Shown here: in pieces, positions 1 through 13,300 of the stretch
Position numbering within the stretch: position 1 is the first letter of the stretch
Layout: each line of letters begins with the position of its first letter
NCBI RefSeq assembly: GCF_000143415.4
Contig: NW_003314303.1
Coordinates: 966,613-1,030,612, forward strand
Direction of reading: 5' to 3'
Length of the DNA stretch: 64,000 nucleotides
From: Selaginella moellendorffii
Lineage: Eukaryota > Plantae > Lycopodiophyta
The notes under the pieces: model-generated
Told to the model about the DNA's origin: nothing
Seen by the model: only the letters and a program-made list of their open reading frames with translations
Databases searched by the model: none
Translations under genes and position numbers: made by a program

Positions 1-1510
1 AGTAGGGGGAGGACTCTAGTTGAGTCAGTTTGGCTAGGAAAGGCCAGTTTGGCCCAGGAAAGCTGTATCCAGGTGTTGGGTGATGGGATAACCACTGGGA
101 GGTCTAAGGCCAGAGTGAATATGAACTGTCAACCAGGGTAGCTTGGTGAAGTGTTCAAGAGCTGGCTTTAGTTCCCTCGGGAGATCGAATGGTTGATGCT
201 CCTAGTCCAAGTGTGGGTGGCACTACCTACTTGGATACCTGGCATGGCTTAATGAAACTTCACTTTAAGCCCATGGCTAGAGCACCCAAAGGCAAAAAGC
301 AGGGAGAGTACCCACAAGGCTTGTGAAGCTCTTGGATTTGGACTTCCCGGGAGGTCACCCAACCCAGTATTATTCAAACCCAAGGATGCTTAACCCCAAA
401 TATCCCAAGACCCTTAACCGATTGGAAAAGGGGGTACACTCTTGTTCATGGGCTCTTTCCCTCTATATTTAAACCCTATGGACCATCTCTCGAGTCGTTC
501 TCTTTGGTTGCTTACAATCCACCACGCTTCCCTGCAAGTTCACGCCCTCGTGAACAGAAGCTGAGAGCCGCAGCTCTCCCGAGAGAGCCGCTCTCTTGAC
601 ACCCTACCCCTCGGGTCGAGCCCAACGGGAGCAAATTGGACCAGCCAGATGTCAATCAACATGTGATGTGATTCCCCTAACCAACCAACAGAGTCGGACC
701 CGAGACCCCCTCTAATACCAAATGTAAGCTCCTGGATTTGGACTTCCCGGGAGGTCACCCAGCCTAGTACTATTCAAACCCAAGGACGCTTAACCCTAAA
801 TATCCCAAGACCCTTAACCGATTGGAAAAGGGGGTGCACTCTTGTTCATGGGCCCTTTCCCTCTATATTTGAACCCTATGGACCGTCTCTCGAGTCGTTC
901 TCTTTGGTTGCTTACACCGAAATGTTATCCCAAAGTCCCAGACTGTAGAATGGAAGAGGAGCAGTCCTCTAGTGTGGTGACCAAAGATACAATCATATGG
1001 TGAGAAAGTCCTAGAGGACAATGGGACTTAGTGGTCAGGCTTGTGGGCCTTGTCCCAGTGGCAGAGTAGGCAAACTCGGCTATGGATGGAAAAGGGACTT
1101 GGTGGGGATTGTAAAAGGGATATTGGGGAAGGCAGTTCCCCCTGTCTATGGGCATCTTAAGGATGATAAGGAGTGGATCTTGGATGGTCACTCCTGAACG
1201 GATAGCCCAGTCATTGAGAGACGGGATTGCAATGTAGGTGGTGTTGGACCACCGGTGGTACCAAGGTGAATGGGCATAGCTTTAGCGTAACGGGCTGGTA
1301 TGTTGGTGGTACCTTGGAGTGTCGGTCTTGGGACCGGACATGTGAAGCACTTGGACCAAGTGCAAATGATGAGTGGTATAGATGCCATTTTCGGGGCTAG
1401 CAAGTCCCAAGTCTTGAATTGGACTTAAGGAGGTTGTAGATGAGTCTTCTCCAAGTGGTCAGAGGTGTGGTTAAGTGACTAAAGTAGAATGGAAAAATTA
1501 GTCTCTTACA
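1..1510 (+). mobile_element. LTR of an LTR retrotransposon (truncated by window start), interrupted by a Cassandra TRIM
   Basis: 1-325 and 917-1510 align colinearly with the LTR at 59753-60701; both copies end in ...CTTACA. Confidence 0.8.
326..916 (-). mobile_element. Cassandra TRIM with 5S rRNA-derived LTRs
   Basis: Two ~190-bp direct repeats (~326-516, 723-916). The minus strand reads GGTTAAGCGTCCTTGGGTTTGAATAGTACTAGGCTGGGTGACCTCCCGGGAAGTCC, matching the plant 5S rRNA A-box/C-box region. Met-tRNA-like PBS (TGGTATTAGA) follows the 5' LTR. Internal region ~205 bp, non-coding. Confidence 0.92.
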
Positions 1511-1649
1511 GGAGTATGCTAACCTCTTTGAATTTGAGTTGTCATTTGAGGTTAAGATTGCAACATGTCATCTTATTCCCATTAGGGATGCTCATCTAAT
1601 CAAGGTTCTTATTTGTTTTTAGTCACCAAAAGAGATCAAGATTTTACAT

Positions 1650-2720
1650 GCAAACATCAAAGAGATGTTGGAAAAAAGTGTTATTTAAAAGTCGCAAAGT
1701 CCTTGGGCATGTGAACCTTATCTTATGACAAAGCCTGATGGGAGTATTCATTTTTGCATTGACTATCATTTGTTAAATAAAGTGACAACCTTGGATGTGT
1801 ACCCTCTTTTTCACATTGCTAATCTCCTAGATTGTTTGGGGAGAAATTATTAGTTTATTAAGTTAAATTTTGCTTCTAGGTACTAGCAAGTGTTGATCGC
1901 TGAGGAAGATATTCCAAAAATTACTTTTTGTATAACATTTAGTTTGTATAAGTTCTTAGTGATGCCGTTTGGTTTAAATAATGCTTTAACAACATTTCAA
2001 TAAATGATGGATGAGGTTCTTTATAATAAGCTAGAACTGACTATTGACTTCATCAATGATATCTTGATTCACTTGGAAGGGACATAAAAGTAACACATCT
2101 GTGATATTTGTAAAGTGTTGGATCAATTATAAGAAGTTGGTCTAAAGTTGAAGAGATCAAATTGTGTGTTTGGGTCTAACGACACCATTTATTTTGGGAA
2201 CCATATTTCTTGTGAGGGTTTGCAAATTGATCATAACAAACTTGTGGTTATTTCAAAGTTCCTTACGCTAAAGTGTATGTATGATATGCAACAGTTCTTT
2301 GCAAGGTACAGTATCTTAGTTGTTTTATTGATCATTTTTTTTATTGCACTACACCGTTGCAAATATGGTTGAAGTTGTCAATGTTGTCTTTCATTTAGCT
2401 ATAAAATATGAGTGGGCTTTTATGGATCTTAAAGAGATATTAATGACTCCTCTAGTTTTATCATATCTTGATTATACTTGACTTTTTATTTTGTATATGG
2501 ATGCTTTTGATATTGTTCAAGAGAGTCTGAATATGCCTAGTCAGTGTTATCCTATTGCATATATTAACTATACATTACAATTGGCAAAGTTAAATTACTA
2601 GTAAGAGATTTATCAATTTGGGGTTTCGAGAAACTTCATACCTATCTACATGGTTTTTGGAGATTATTAGAAGGTGATCATGTTGTAGTTACTTCATTAT
2701 TGAAGTGAAAGAACTTAATC
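1650..2720 (+). pseudogene. Highly degenerate Ty3/Gypsy RT-RNase H remnant
   Basis: Residual motifs DYHLLNKVT..YPL (~1760-1810), MPFGLNNA (~1960) and YMDA (~2495), among many stops. Confidence 0.75.
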
Positions 2721-3181
2721 ATTAGCAAGTGATGCAACATTTTAAAACCCATTGTGATGCCTTTGGATTCATAATTAAATTTTTTAAACCTCATGAACTT
2801 AATTAAGAGAAGGTAAATTACACTTTATGAACATTGAACATCAAGTAAAGCAACTGCTAATACCATAGAATCCTCGTCTAAAACATCCATAAATGCTGAA
2901 GCAACAAATTTATAAAAGAGTGACAATTTATATGTATATATAAATTTATATAAATTTATATGACAAAAGAGTGAAGAAAGAAGAGAAGTTTAAAGAAAGG
3001 GTATTAACATCAATTATAAAACTCTCTAGGTGATGAGTAATATTAAAATAATATATTTAAAGCTTCAAAGCTCATTGAACAGTATGACAAATCTACCATT
3101 TTGGCATTTACATTCTTAATATCACTAGAGATAGATTCTAATGATTATTTATAGTTAGTGGTGCTTTTACACTTACATAAG

Positions 3182-3553
3182 TGTTAGGATTTTATTCCTT
3201 ACACCCTAAAATCGGGGTGATCACTTAATTGCAAAGCTTTTTCTTTATCTTATTATCCTAACTTAGTATCTAACAATCCTCCCTTTGTCAGGGAATGATT
3301 ATTCGCGATCGTATTTAAATGACCCTCTAGTCATTATGGTCCTTCTCTTAGGGTTTATCAAACCTTGGTTCTCCCTCTAGATCCATCATATTGAATATTC
3401 CTTTAGAATATTCCTACCCCATTAGAATTGAATTAGGCTCCAATACTAATGTTAGGATCTTATCCCTTACACCTTAAGCTAACTAACTAAAGGGGTGATC
3501 ACTTTATTGTAAGGCCCTTTCTTTATCCTATTATCTTGATTTAATGCATAATA
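3182..3553 (-). mobile_element. Small TRIM (non-Cassandra)
   Basis: ~95-105 bp repeats at 3182-3275 and 3450-3553. Minus-strand degenerate Met PBS (TAGTATTGGAGCC) and PPT (AAGGGAGGAT). Flanks ATAAG/ATAAA form a near-perfect 5-bp TSD. Confidence 0.8.
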
Positions 3554-3799
3554 ATAAATCTTTCTATTAGCTAAAGATGTGATGTGATGTTATTAGGTAT
3601 ATATGTAAGTATGTTTAGTGCTAAGCTCATAATACTCTCTCTCATGTTGTGGAAGTACAGTTGAAGTTAATTACAATTTTTTGTTTATTTGAGTTGGTGG
3701 TATTTGATTTGATGGCTTTTTCATGGTCAACTACTAACAATGAATATGTTATTATTGCTTCTGAGTAGAAATTAAAGTTTTTGTTAGTGCAATTGGATA

Positions 3800-4330
3800 T
3801 TTCCCCCTCAATCAAATCGTGTTCCAACATTTATATCTAGAGTGATTTTTTTCAGATAATTGTTTTGCATTTATAATTGAGGCATTTCATGTCTTAATGT
3901 TCCAGTTGGGGATATGCCACACTTACACTAATGCTTATCATTCATATTCAAATGGTTTGGTGGAATAATTTGTTCGTACTTTCAAAGGGATAATAACTTT
4001 CAACATTCAAATTGAGATGTTTATTTGCTTTTTTTTTTGTATACCTATATTATAAGGGTGTAGAGTTTTGTTGGTGCATCATTATATAAACTTCTATATA
4101 GTGATGATCTAATACTACTTACAAAATTGAATTTATCTTCATAGTTGTTATGAGTTGTTAATGCTAAATTTTAGGATTAATATTTGACAAGCATTCTCCC
4201 ATGTGTCCGAGCAAAGTTTGTTGAACACCTGGGGTAAATATAAATGAGACAACAACAATGTTATAACTCCCATCTTGTCCATTTATAAAATACAAAGTGG
4301 ATGACTTAGTGTTAGTCCATTTTCCCAATT
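3800..4330 (+). pseudogene. Degenerate retroelement integrase remnant
   Basis: AYHSYSNGLVE*FVRTFK at ~3933-3985 resembles the rve catalytic-E region. Confidence 0.5.
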
Positions 4331-4954
4331 TTACAGTATATAGTTTCCATTTTCATATTCCATACAGTCACACATTATTCTTTAAAGTATCTTTTTATAT
4401 TTATTTTCTAAACCTCATAGGCAAATAAAAATCTCATATTGCTATTTTCATTGGCTTTCACTAGGAAGCTGCTCACATTGATGTTGATGCCCTAGCGCTG
4501 CTCAGTCTGTTCTCGGATAGCAGTTTGCATTGTGGAAATGCTCAAGAGATGCGTGAAACTTTGCAATTTCATCTTTGCCTTAAGGTGCAGATTGTAGAGA
4601 ACTTGCTTAGCAGGTGAGAGGCATGGATCGATACCCAGCATCTCCAAATCTTTTCGCAATAGGAAGAGCATGCGTTTTGACAGGCTTATGTTGTCTTTCT
4701 CTGGTCGCTCCATGCGAGTGGAGACCTGCATTGCTGGGCGATGTTCTCCACTTGTCCCTCTTTTCCTCTCCGTACGGAGCGCGCTGGGCTTCAGAGAAAA
4801 GGTGAGCGTGGATATTGGCAATAGGCTTCCCGTCTTTAGCGTTCCAAACCTCGACCAGGGCTACGGCCAGCATGGTCTCGAATGCTAGGATTTACTATAA
4901 GATCTTAATTTCCTAGCATTCTTTCTGGTTTTAGGGTTTTTGATTGGAGCTTCC

Positions 4955-7900
4955 ATGGCGGCCGCTGCCGGCGACCAGACGCTCTGGGCCGATGCGACGG
5001 AGATCATCTCCCAGGTCTGCCAAGGTAAGCAACAATCTCTCCCTCATCGCGCCTGCGATTTCGGCGGCATTGAGCTCGGCTGCTTCTTTTTTCCAGAGCT
5101 CAGTCCCGGGGAGCTCATCCATGGCGAGAATTTCAGCCTCTTCGAATCAATGTCGGCTCTCGAGGCAAGGATTTCGAGGCATTGCGCTAGCAGCGCTGCT
5201 AATGGTGTGTGCCTGGGCAGATTATGGATCCCAAGATGGATGGAGGGATGGATATTGGAGGACCTAAGTCTGTCGAGGACGCGATTGCGAGTGATTTGGC
5301 CCCGACCGACTTGTCCATCGCGCAGATCATCGATATTATGGATCACCTTCTCTCGTGTGAGGTGAGGAAGCTAGGAAAGCTCGATGAGAAGCATTCTCAT
5401 TTTTACTTTGTCCCTGTTTTCCAGGCTACTTGGCACAGGGGTCATTCCTTAGCACAAACAGTTTTCTCGAGCATCTACATGCTCAAGCTGGTGCACACCT
5501 CGTCAATGCCGGTCTTGCATGCGTACTGCAAGATCACTCGAGCAAGCTGCAATATCGTAAGAACAGCCGTGGCTTTGGCTCACACTCACGAGGTTATTTT
5601 CTCTCTTTCCTTCTGACGTCTGTGCTCCATGTATTGTTTTAAGTTGGTTTCGTGTTTCCTGTTTGGCTTGCAGGAGGAAGATCTCTTTGTTATTTCCTTC
5701 GGACTTCCAGTCGACCACGATGACGCGGATTGCCTGGCGGTTCTCAACGCGGCGGAGGAAATGTGTGTACGAAGTTTGAGATCGGCGTCTGGGAAGAAGG
5801 CTGCAAGCGATGCACGAAGCTCGAAGTCGGCGTCTGGGAAGAAGCCCGCAAGTGGTATTTCTTATTGGCTGGATTTTTTCTTGGATGGTCAATCATTGAT
5901 ATGTGATGTTTACAGGTGTTGTTCCCCTACAGGAAAACCCAGAACTCGAAGCCGATTATTGCCAGAGTGTGCTCAGTCGTCTCCGCTTTCGAAAGGTATT
6001 TTTTACCGCTCTCGTCTTGTCGATGGTTTCTCACTTTAATTGTGCAGGCTTTCAGTCAAATACACGTTCATATGAACAAGCCACAAGGGAAAGGCCTAGA
6101 AACTGCAAGAAAACACATTGCCACGGCTCTGACTGAGCTCTCACTCATACAGGAGTCAAGAGCTTTTCTCTCTTCTCAGCATTCTTCTCAAGATCCAAAC
6201 AATCTTTCGTCTACAACAGCCTCGGGGCGTGGCGTGGTTGGCTTTTTCGAAAACATTAACCGGTCCCTTTTGCCACCGACTCCTCCCCGCTCGATGAAAC
6301 TGCTCCCATGGTCCGAGGTAAGCATTTACATGGGAATTTCACCGTGCTTTCGAGTTCATATTGCATCGTTGGTAGTCTGTCAGGCCTTGGACTATTTTGT
6401 GCGCTTGCTGAATGATTTGGATCGCGTGTGCTCGGTGCCACTCGATATGGAACTCGAAGAACTCATGCAGCTGATTGTTGATTTTCAAAAGTCACATCCA
6501 GATCTTGTAGCAAGGGCCCGAATGCAGGTACCTCTTTTCTTTTTATGATTGTCTCTTCTAATGGATGACTCTTGCAACCAGCGTCTTGTAATTCAAGACA
6601 ACAAGCTGTTTGGAATCCGGCCTATGAATGATGTGATTTACAAGGCTGCTTATTCTCGTCATGAGGCTCCTCGCGACGATGTGCTGGAGAATTCTTTTCA
6701 GCAAGCTGGATGGGTCTGTTAACTGAAGATATCCTTTTAGCCATAGGCTAATGAAAACGTTTGTTTGCAGTTAACGCTCACTTTGCTGAAGGTATTGTGC
6801 GCACATCCGGCATGGCAATGCCGGAAGCTCGGGAAGAGTTTAGACGAATGGAGTGATTTGTTTCATCAAGTAAGCTACCACCCCTTGTCAAAGAGATGTT
6901 AATATTGTTTTTTCTTCTAGGTGGATGTTCTTGGTATGTCTTCGGAAGAATTCAAGAAGAAGGTAGGCACGTTGGCCTTGGTATCACAAAATTGTTACGT
7001 CTCTTGGTTTTGGCCTTGGCAGTGTGAGCCTTTTACGACATGGATAGGCTGCCAGGCTTCTTGGATCGCAAAGCAATACTTAATGCTGGGATTCGACCTT
7101 GGCTTGTATTCGCCAGATGACTATTGCATGGTCTATCGGTACGTTGATTATAGTTTTCGTTCACATTTATGTTGTCCAGGTGGATGCAGGTACCTTGATC
7201 ACGTCCTGCTGACATATTTGCACTACAAACTGGCGAAAGAGAAGGAAAAGGACGAGGAGCAGTCTGAAGAAAAGAAGCCGTCATCACTTGTAGCAGGTGC
7301 TAAAACTCATTTGTTTTCGCAAGGCGGGCCTTGTGGAAGCAAAGATTGCAAAACTTTTGTTTCAGTGGGCTCACCAGAGGGCGTCTCTTGTTGCTAGCCA
7401 AGAAGAAGTCGAAAAAGAAAAAACCAGGAAAGAACCCAGACCCAAAAATTATCTTGCTGCATTGCCTGAGCGACCTCTGCAAAGGATATATTTGGGTAAG
7501 TTACACTCTAGAGTTCACACATTCTTTACACATTTGTTTTCAGATGCTTGACGGGCTGATCAAAGACGGTAAAATCCAGCAAAGAAAAATGGAATTCACC
7601 ACCGAGCGAGAGGTTGTCCTGTTTCTTTTCTGCTTTGCTTACGATTTAACTTTCTCTTTTTCTCCAGAGATATACTCAACGATTCGAGCTGCTGCTGAAA
7701 TTGTTGGTACCGTCGCCACTATCTTTTGCTCGTTTCAAAGAAACTACAAGACTACGGCAGTACTCGGTAGATGATTTCTTTCCTTGTTGCCGTGTTTCCA
7801 TCTGGAATTTTTGTTTTCCATCGTGCAGGCCAGTGATCTCTACCAGTATGCATGCAAGCAGTTCATGGCTGTGGAGCAGTGCTTGCGAAACTTGAGCATA

Positions 7901-8092
7901 TCACGCGGTGAAACTCCGGAGTTGAGCCACGCGCAAAGCATTTTGGAGATAAAGCAGCTCGAGCAAGTTGTGTCGAGGAACAAAGTAGCGCTCCAGATTG
8001 TGGACAGATCTCAGCCAGGCGAAACGCTCAAGGTGTCGTTGCAATTCTCACAACACCCAGCCTTTGGCGTCATCGTCGTCAAGAATTCGTGA
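4955..8092 (+). CDS. NAA35/MAK10: N-alpha-acetyltransferase 35, NatC auxiliary subunit (multi-exon)
   Basis: Exons encode GELIHGENFSLFESMSALE|IMDPKMDGG, ATWHRGHSLAQTVFS, YLMLGFDLGLY and C-terminal FSQHPAF, typical of the Mak10 family. Short introns; one GC-AG intron at 5165-5220. Confidence 0.93.
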
Positions 8093-8306
8093 GGCGCCAG
8101 AGTAAACTTTCTCTTTTTTCTGAAAGATTTTTGCCATTGACGATCATGGTGTGTGTAGCTTTGGCTATACTGAACGATTTTCACAAGCTCAAAGTCACTG
8201 AATTTCTTCTCGGTGAATTCAAGGGACGATCCAAAAAAGCTCTTGATCTTCGAGAGAAGTTGCCACGATTGTCTTCGTGACTTCTCATCGGCCGAACGGA
8301 AGATCA

Positions 8307-9858
8307 CTATGATCGCTTTGAGAGCTGGCTGGGCAGGGCGGGGTCGGGACCTCTGGAGCTCCTGTCTCTGGGCTCGTTTGCATCAGCTCTAGCAGACCCT
8401 GGTGTAGATCTCTCCGGCCATAGCGGCGACAAAGCAACCACTCGTCCGATGAAGATCAGAGTGGGAGACACGAGCTGAGTTGCTGCTACTTCGCTCGGCA
8501 GATTGGCGAGCTCGGCAAATACCTGAAAGTGAATCGAGAAAGATTGCTAAGCCGCGGAGATGAGAGTGGTGAAAGGAGCGTACCGTTCGCTGTTGCTCTG
8601 TGGTGCCTCGTTCTATGGCGGCTGCCGGAGTATCGGGAGGAAGTCCATTTGCGATAAACCTCTCTGCAAGAGCTGGGAGTGTCGCAAGTCCCATGTAGAT
8701 CACAAGCGTAGAATCGGGGTCTGCCGCTTGCTCTGCGACGTAGAGAGGATCTTTCCCTCCTTTCCTTGCATGACCCGTGAGAAATCTTACGCTGCATGCA
8801 ACGGGGTATGAATGAGACGAACTTCACACGAAAGATGGAACTTTTACCTGTTTGCGACGCCTCTGTGAGTGAGAGGTATCCCAAGTCCAGCAGCAATTCC
8901 AGACGCTGCAGTGATACCTTGCGAAAGAAGATAATGTAGTTTGAGAAACTAGCAGCTGGGAGGAGGAAAGGATTTAGAGCTACCTGGGACGACAGTCACA
9001 GCAATTCCTTGCTCTTGGAGGAAATCCATTTCTTCACCTCCTCGACCAAATACCTGCAAGAATGGCCTTTGAGGAGAAATATAACACTAAGAGAGAAAGT
9101 TCATACCAGAGGATCACCTCCCTTGAGCCTTAAAACGGTGGCGCCAGCCTCTGCAAAATTGAGGAGCAGCTCATGAATCTCGTCCTAAAACCAAGAGATG
9201 CCAGGAAATTTACTTCCTCCTTAGAAACGATCAAAATGAAAGAAGGAAACAAGAAGAAAGTGTGGCTTACCTGGGTGCGACTGTGGTAACCGGAAGTTTT
9301 TCCCACGTAGAGCAGCTTGGCACCTTCGTGAACCATGTCCAAGATGCTCGTAGAAACAAGCCGATCGTACAAGACTAAGTCTGCTGTCCTCATCAAACGC
9401 ACTGCCTTGACAGTGAGAAGCTCGGGATCTCCAGGCCCAGTTCCAACCAAGAACACATTCCCTGCTTTCCATCTCTTGGAGGGCGACGATGGATCGCTTC
9501 CTTCTTCCTTCTTGCGCTGCCTTCTCAGCAGTTCCAGAACCTCTCGCAGCTCTGGCAATCTCGTTGCTATATCATTCTCCTCTTCGCGAGAACTCTCAGA
9601 GGTGTCTTCCCGGCATCCTGGACAAGAATTTTCTACACCGCCGCTGCGAAATTCTAGCCTACCCCCTCCTCGTACTTTCTTGATCGAATCCTTCTCAGTG
9701 AATGGAGAAATCGAGGCTCTTAGCCTGAGTTGGGAGAAACGAGCCGACGATCCACGATCTCCTCTGGCGGAGCAAAGCTCGGCGCTGCTCTCGGCGATGC
9801 AGCGCGAAATATCGGAGCTGGAGAAGATCGCCCTGGTAGCAGCAGCAGCTAGCGCCAT
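8307..9858 (-). CDS. UPM1: S-adenosyl-L-methionine uroporphyrinogen III methyltransferase, plastid-targeted (multi-exon)
   Basis: VFLVGTGPGDPELLTVKA, LYDRLV, RLKGGDP, FLTGH, YMGL..L and AAIERGTT motifs; Ser/Ala-rich transit peptide; last exon 8522-8307. Confidence 0.95.
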
Positions 9859-10359
9859 GAAAGAGATTCACGCTGCTAGCTCCCCGAGCTACCGGAAGAT
9901 TTCTAGAGAATGTACCTGGCGCTTGGGAGTGATGGATGGATCGCGTGGTGGAAGGGTGGCTCTCCTAAAACCCTAGAAGGAAGAGGAGAGCAAATAGAAC
10001 CCATTCAGCCCATGGCGGCATGGAAGGGGCAATGGTCCAATGGCCCCATTCAAGGGCCCCTAAAATCCAACGGCCCTCTTTTATAACCGCCCTATCCCTA
10101 AACGCCAGAGTGACGTGGAAAGGGCAAAAAAATATTTCGAGGGAGAGGAGGGAGCTTGCATTTCAAAGCTCTCGCACGGCGCCAGGGCTAGGGTTCTTCG
10201 ATCGCCGCCAAGAATCGCGAGAAGGAGCCGCCGGATCCCTGCGCAATGCCTTGAGGTATGATCCGATCCAACAGGCGCCTGGATAGGATGGATGATTCGG
10301 GTGCTCTACGTTAGAAATGCGCAAGATCGCCAGGGTCACGGGCTAGAGAGGTAGAGATT

Positions 10360-13300
10360 ATGGAGAAGCGATCGCTGCCGCTGAATTTCTACTGCCGGAG
10401 CGCCAGGCTGCTGCTCAAGAAGGCCACGTTTTCCAGGAAATCCAACTTGCTGGCCGAGGAGCTCCGGCATCTCAAGAAGTTTACCACGCTTGCGTTCTCG
10501 GTGATTCCTTCGCATCCCGAGTATGAGGACGAGAAGGGCAGGAAGCTTGCCGAGGACTTGGAGGACTACATGGATGATGTCCGGGAGAGGATAGAAGAGC
10601 TCGAGGAGGAGCTCACGTCAACTAGCTCCTTGGCAGGTTACAGGAAGTCGGGATCTTTCAATCGCAAGGAGCTTGTTGCAAGGCATGAGAAGAATGTTGG
10701 CAAGAGACAGCACGTATGGGCGAGGTTTGTTCGAAAGCTTTATGATGCGGCTCCATGCTTCTCAGGGAGGCTGAAGAAACGACCACCGCAACCTCTGGCG
10801 GGTAAGCCAAAAGGTTATACGTTTGTTTTTCTTCTTCTCTGGTTTCATGCTTTCACTCTAATGCAGGGCAGCTTTCAGGGAGCCGCTCGTCGAAGGAGTC
10901 AAGCTCTCGCTTCTTGTATAACGTGGCAGAAGTAGCCTCGCTTTCTTCAGATGGTCAAGTTAGTGATGATATGCAAGATGAGCAACGGGACGAGCGCGTA
11001 CCTGATAGGAGTTTGAAGATCACGGCTTCCAACGAGATAACGCTGGACATTAGAAGGAAAGTGGAGAGGCATGATACAGCATCGTTGGACACCGAGAGCA
11101 CAACGAGAACTCAGCTCATGCAACAGATAGCAGAGGCTACAAACTTGAGTCTCGAGGGAAGATTCTTGAACCTCCAGACCATAGTCATGCAGTTGAGGGA
11201 CTCGGTGGAAGGGCTGAGGTCACGGGTCGAGGAAGAAGGCAAAAGGTGGAGAGGGAGGGCGGAGACTTTGGAAAGGAAGCTGAAGCTCATGAAGGATGAA
11301 ACAGAGAATGATTTTTCCGCGCTTAAGCGTCAGGTGGAAGAGGATATGAAGAAAGCATGCGGGGTGTCTGGGGAAGATCAGGAACTGCGGAAGAAAGCGA
11401 ACGTGAAACAAAAGTTTGAAGACATGATGCAAACATCTTCGGGAGAGGTTGAAGAGTTTAGGACACAGGTGAATCAGTTTGTTACACAGACGCAAAAGAT
11501 GCTTACGCTGGGGCTGGAGGAGCGGTTTCTGGATTCCTTGAGTGAAGTAAGAACGGATCTCAAGAACGATATCAGCAATCTAGAAATCGGTTTCTCCAAA
11601 GACGTTGATAATCTTCGACAGGAAATGGCTTCTCGATACGAGTCGATGCTGATCGACGTCGAGATGGGAAGAATAGGTGGCCAGCAACAGATCAACACTC
11701 TAAAGAAACAAAGGTTTGAGAAGGGCGCACAAGCGGCACCGGCACCGAATGATGTGACTAAGCGGGTGGATACTCTGCGCGCTGATGTTACCTCATTGCA
11801 CAAGAACTTCGAAAGGCTTTGCGATGACCAGAAGTTTGAAAAGCTGCAACTCCGGAAGCAGCTGCAGTGCTCCAGGCAAGAGGTTATGGAAGCGAGGGTC
11901 GACACCGAAGTGTGGATAAAAGAATGCGAGGTTCAAGTGAAAGAATTCAGGCACGACTTGATAGAGCTAAGAGGAGAACAAGAGGAGATGAAGGTGGACG
12001 TCGAAGTTCTAAAGAGGCAGCAGTCAGAAATGGAGTATCCCAGGCGGAGGTCTTTTGACGAGAAATATGAAGGTTCGGGTACGGGACTGCCAGTGGAATT
12101 TGCCAGCAATCTCCTGATGGTGGAAAAGGTTGAGAAGTTTTCGAAGCTTTACACCGGTTGCTTAGAGGACTTGCGGACAAGGCTGTGCAAGATAGAGTCA
12201 GCTCAAGATTGCATAGGCGATCTCCAGACCAGAGTATACAGGTTGGAAGCTGCTGAGCAGACGTTATCGACAACTCCAGGCGATACTATGGCTTTGATTG
12301 AACGGGAGAGATCTCTGGCAACTTCAGCTGCCACAGATGCTATTGCAGCAGCCTCGCGGACAAAAGAGATGCTGCAGGAAACGTTTGGGACGTTTCTCTC
12401 ACAGATTGTCAGTGCTAAAGGGAAGGCCAGCGGGAGAGACGTGGTCGAGCTGTCCGGTGATGAACCAAAGCAAGAACGCCACCTGAAGACCACCGTGCAG
12501 CGTCTGAATCGTCAGATGAAGGAAGTCTTCGAGAGGTTGACAAGCGTTTCCTGCGGGAAGACACCAGGAGGTGGCAAGAAACTTTCAAAGGCTGGGACAA
12601 AGAAGGAACTCAAGTCCAGCAGCGAGGTTTTTATGCCAAGTGTGACAAGCATCGAGAACAAGATTAAAGCCGCGGCAGGGATCATGAGCCAGATGAACGA
12701 CCGGATTCACAGGCTAGAGACCGTGCAGCAGGGCCTCAGCCGGTCCATCGACGACGCTCGCAAAGGAAACCAGGCGCTGAGGAAAGCTGCCAACTTCTGG
12801 CTGCCAAGGTACGAGGCAACCGCGAAACTGGTGATGGAAATCAGCGGCAGGCTGGCTTCGATCGAGCAACGAAAGCCCTTGACAGATATGATGGATCCAA
12901 GCTCGGAGCAGCAGAAAGCAGCCGGTATCACTACAAAGCCGGGCTTGGGCATGGAGACCACTGACAGATTGCTTGCGCTGGAGAGCCGGGTGGATCACAT
13001 CGCTTCCGCAACGTACGCAAACCTGAGGTAACCACTGCTTGTCCGAAGATAGATTTTCACTAGCTAAAACACTCTTTTGTTCTTGTTCCTCCAGGCTGCT
13101 AGATGCCAAAGTCGAGCACGCCAGCATTGGCATGAGATCAGCACTGGACATCGCCACCGAGACGGAAGACAAGTGCAGCTCTCTGGGAGGAGAGCTCGTC
13201 AAAGTCTTCCGGCTCATCCTCACTGCACGAGAGAGCCCGACGACGAGAAAGCCCGACTCGCCACCGCTTTGTCCTCCCGAGCGGGGGCCTCAAGAACGAG

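Noticed and set aside
740-796. Functional 5S rRNA gene
   Set aside because: Only the internal ~55 nt match, and they sit inside TRIM LTRs.
4492-4873. Possible small gene divergent from NAA35
   Set aside because: Coding-like composition, but no recognisable motif or consistent splice model.
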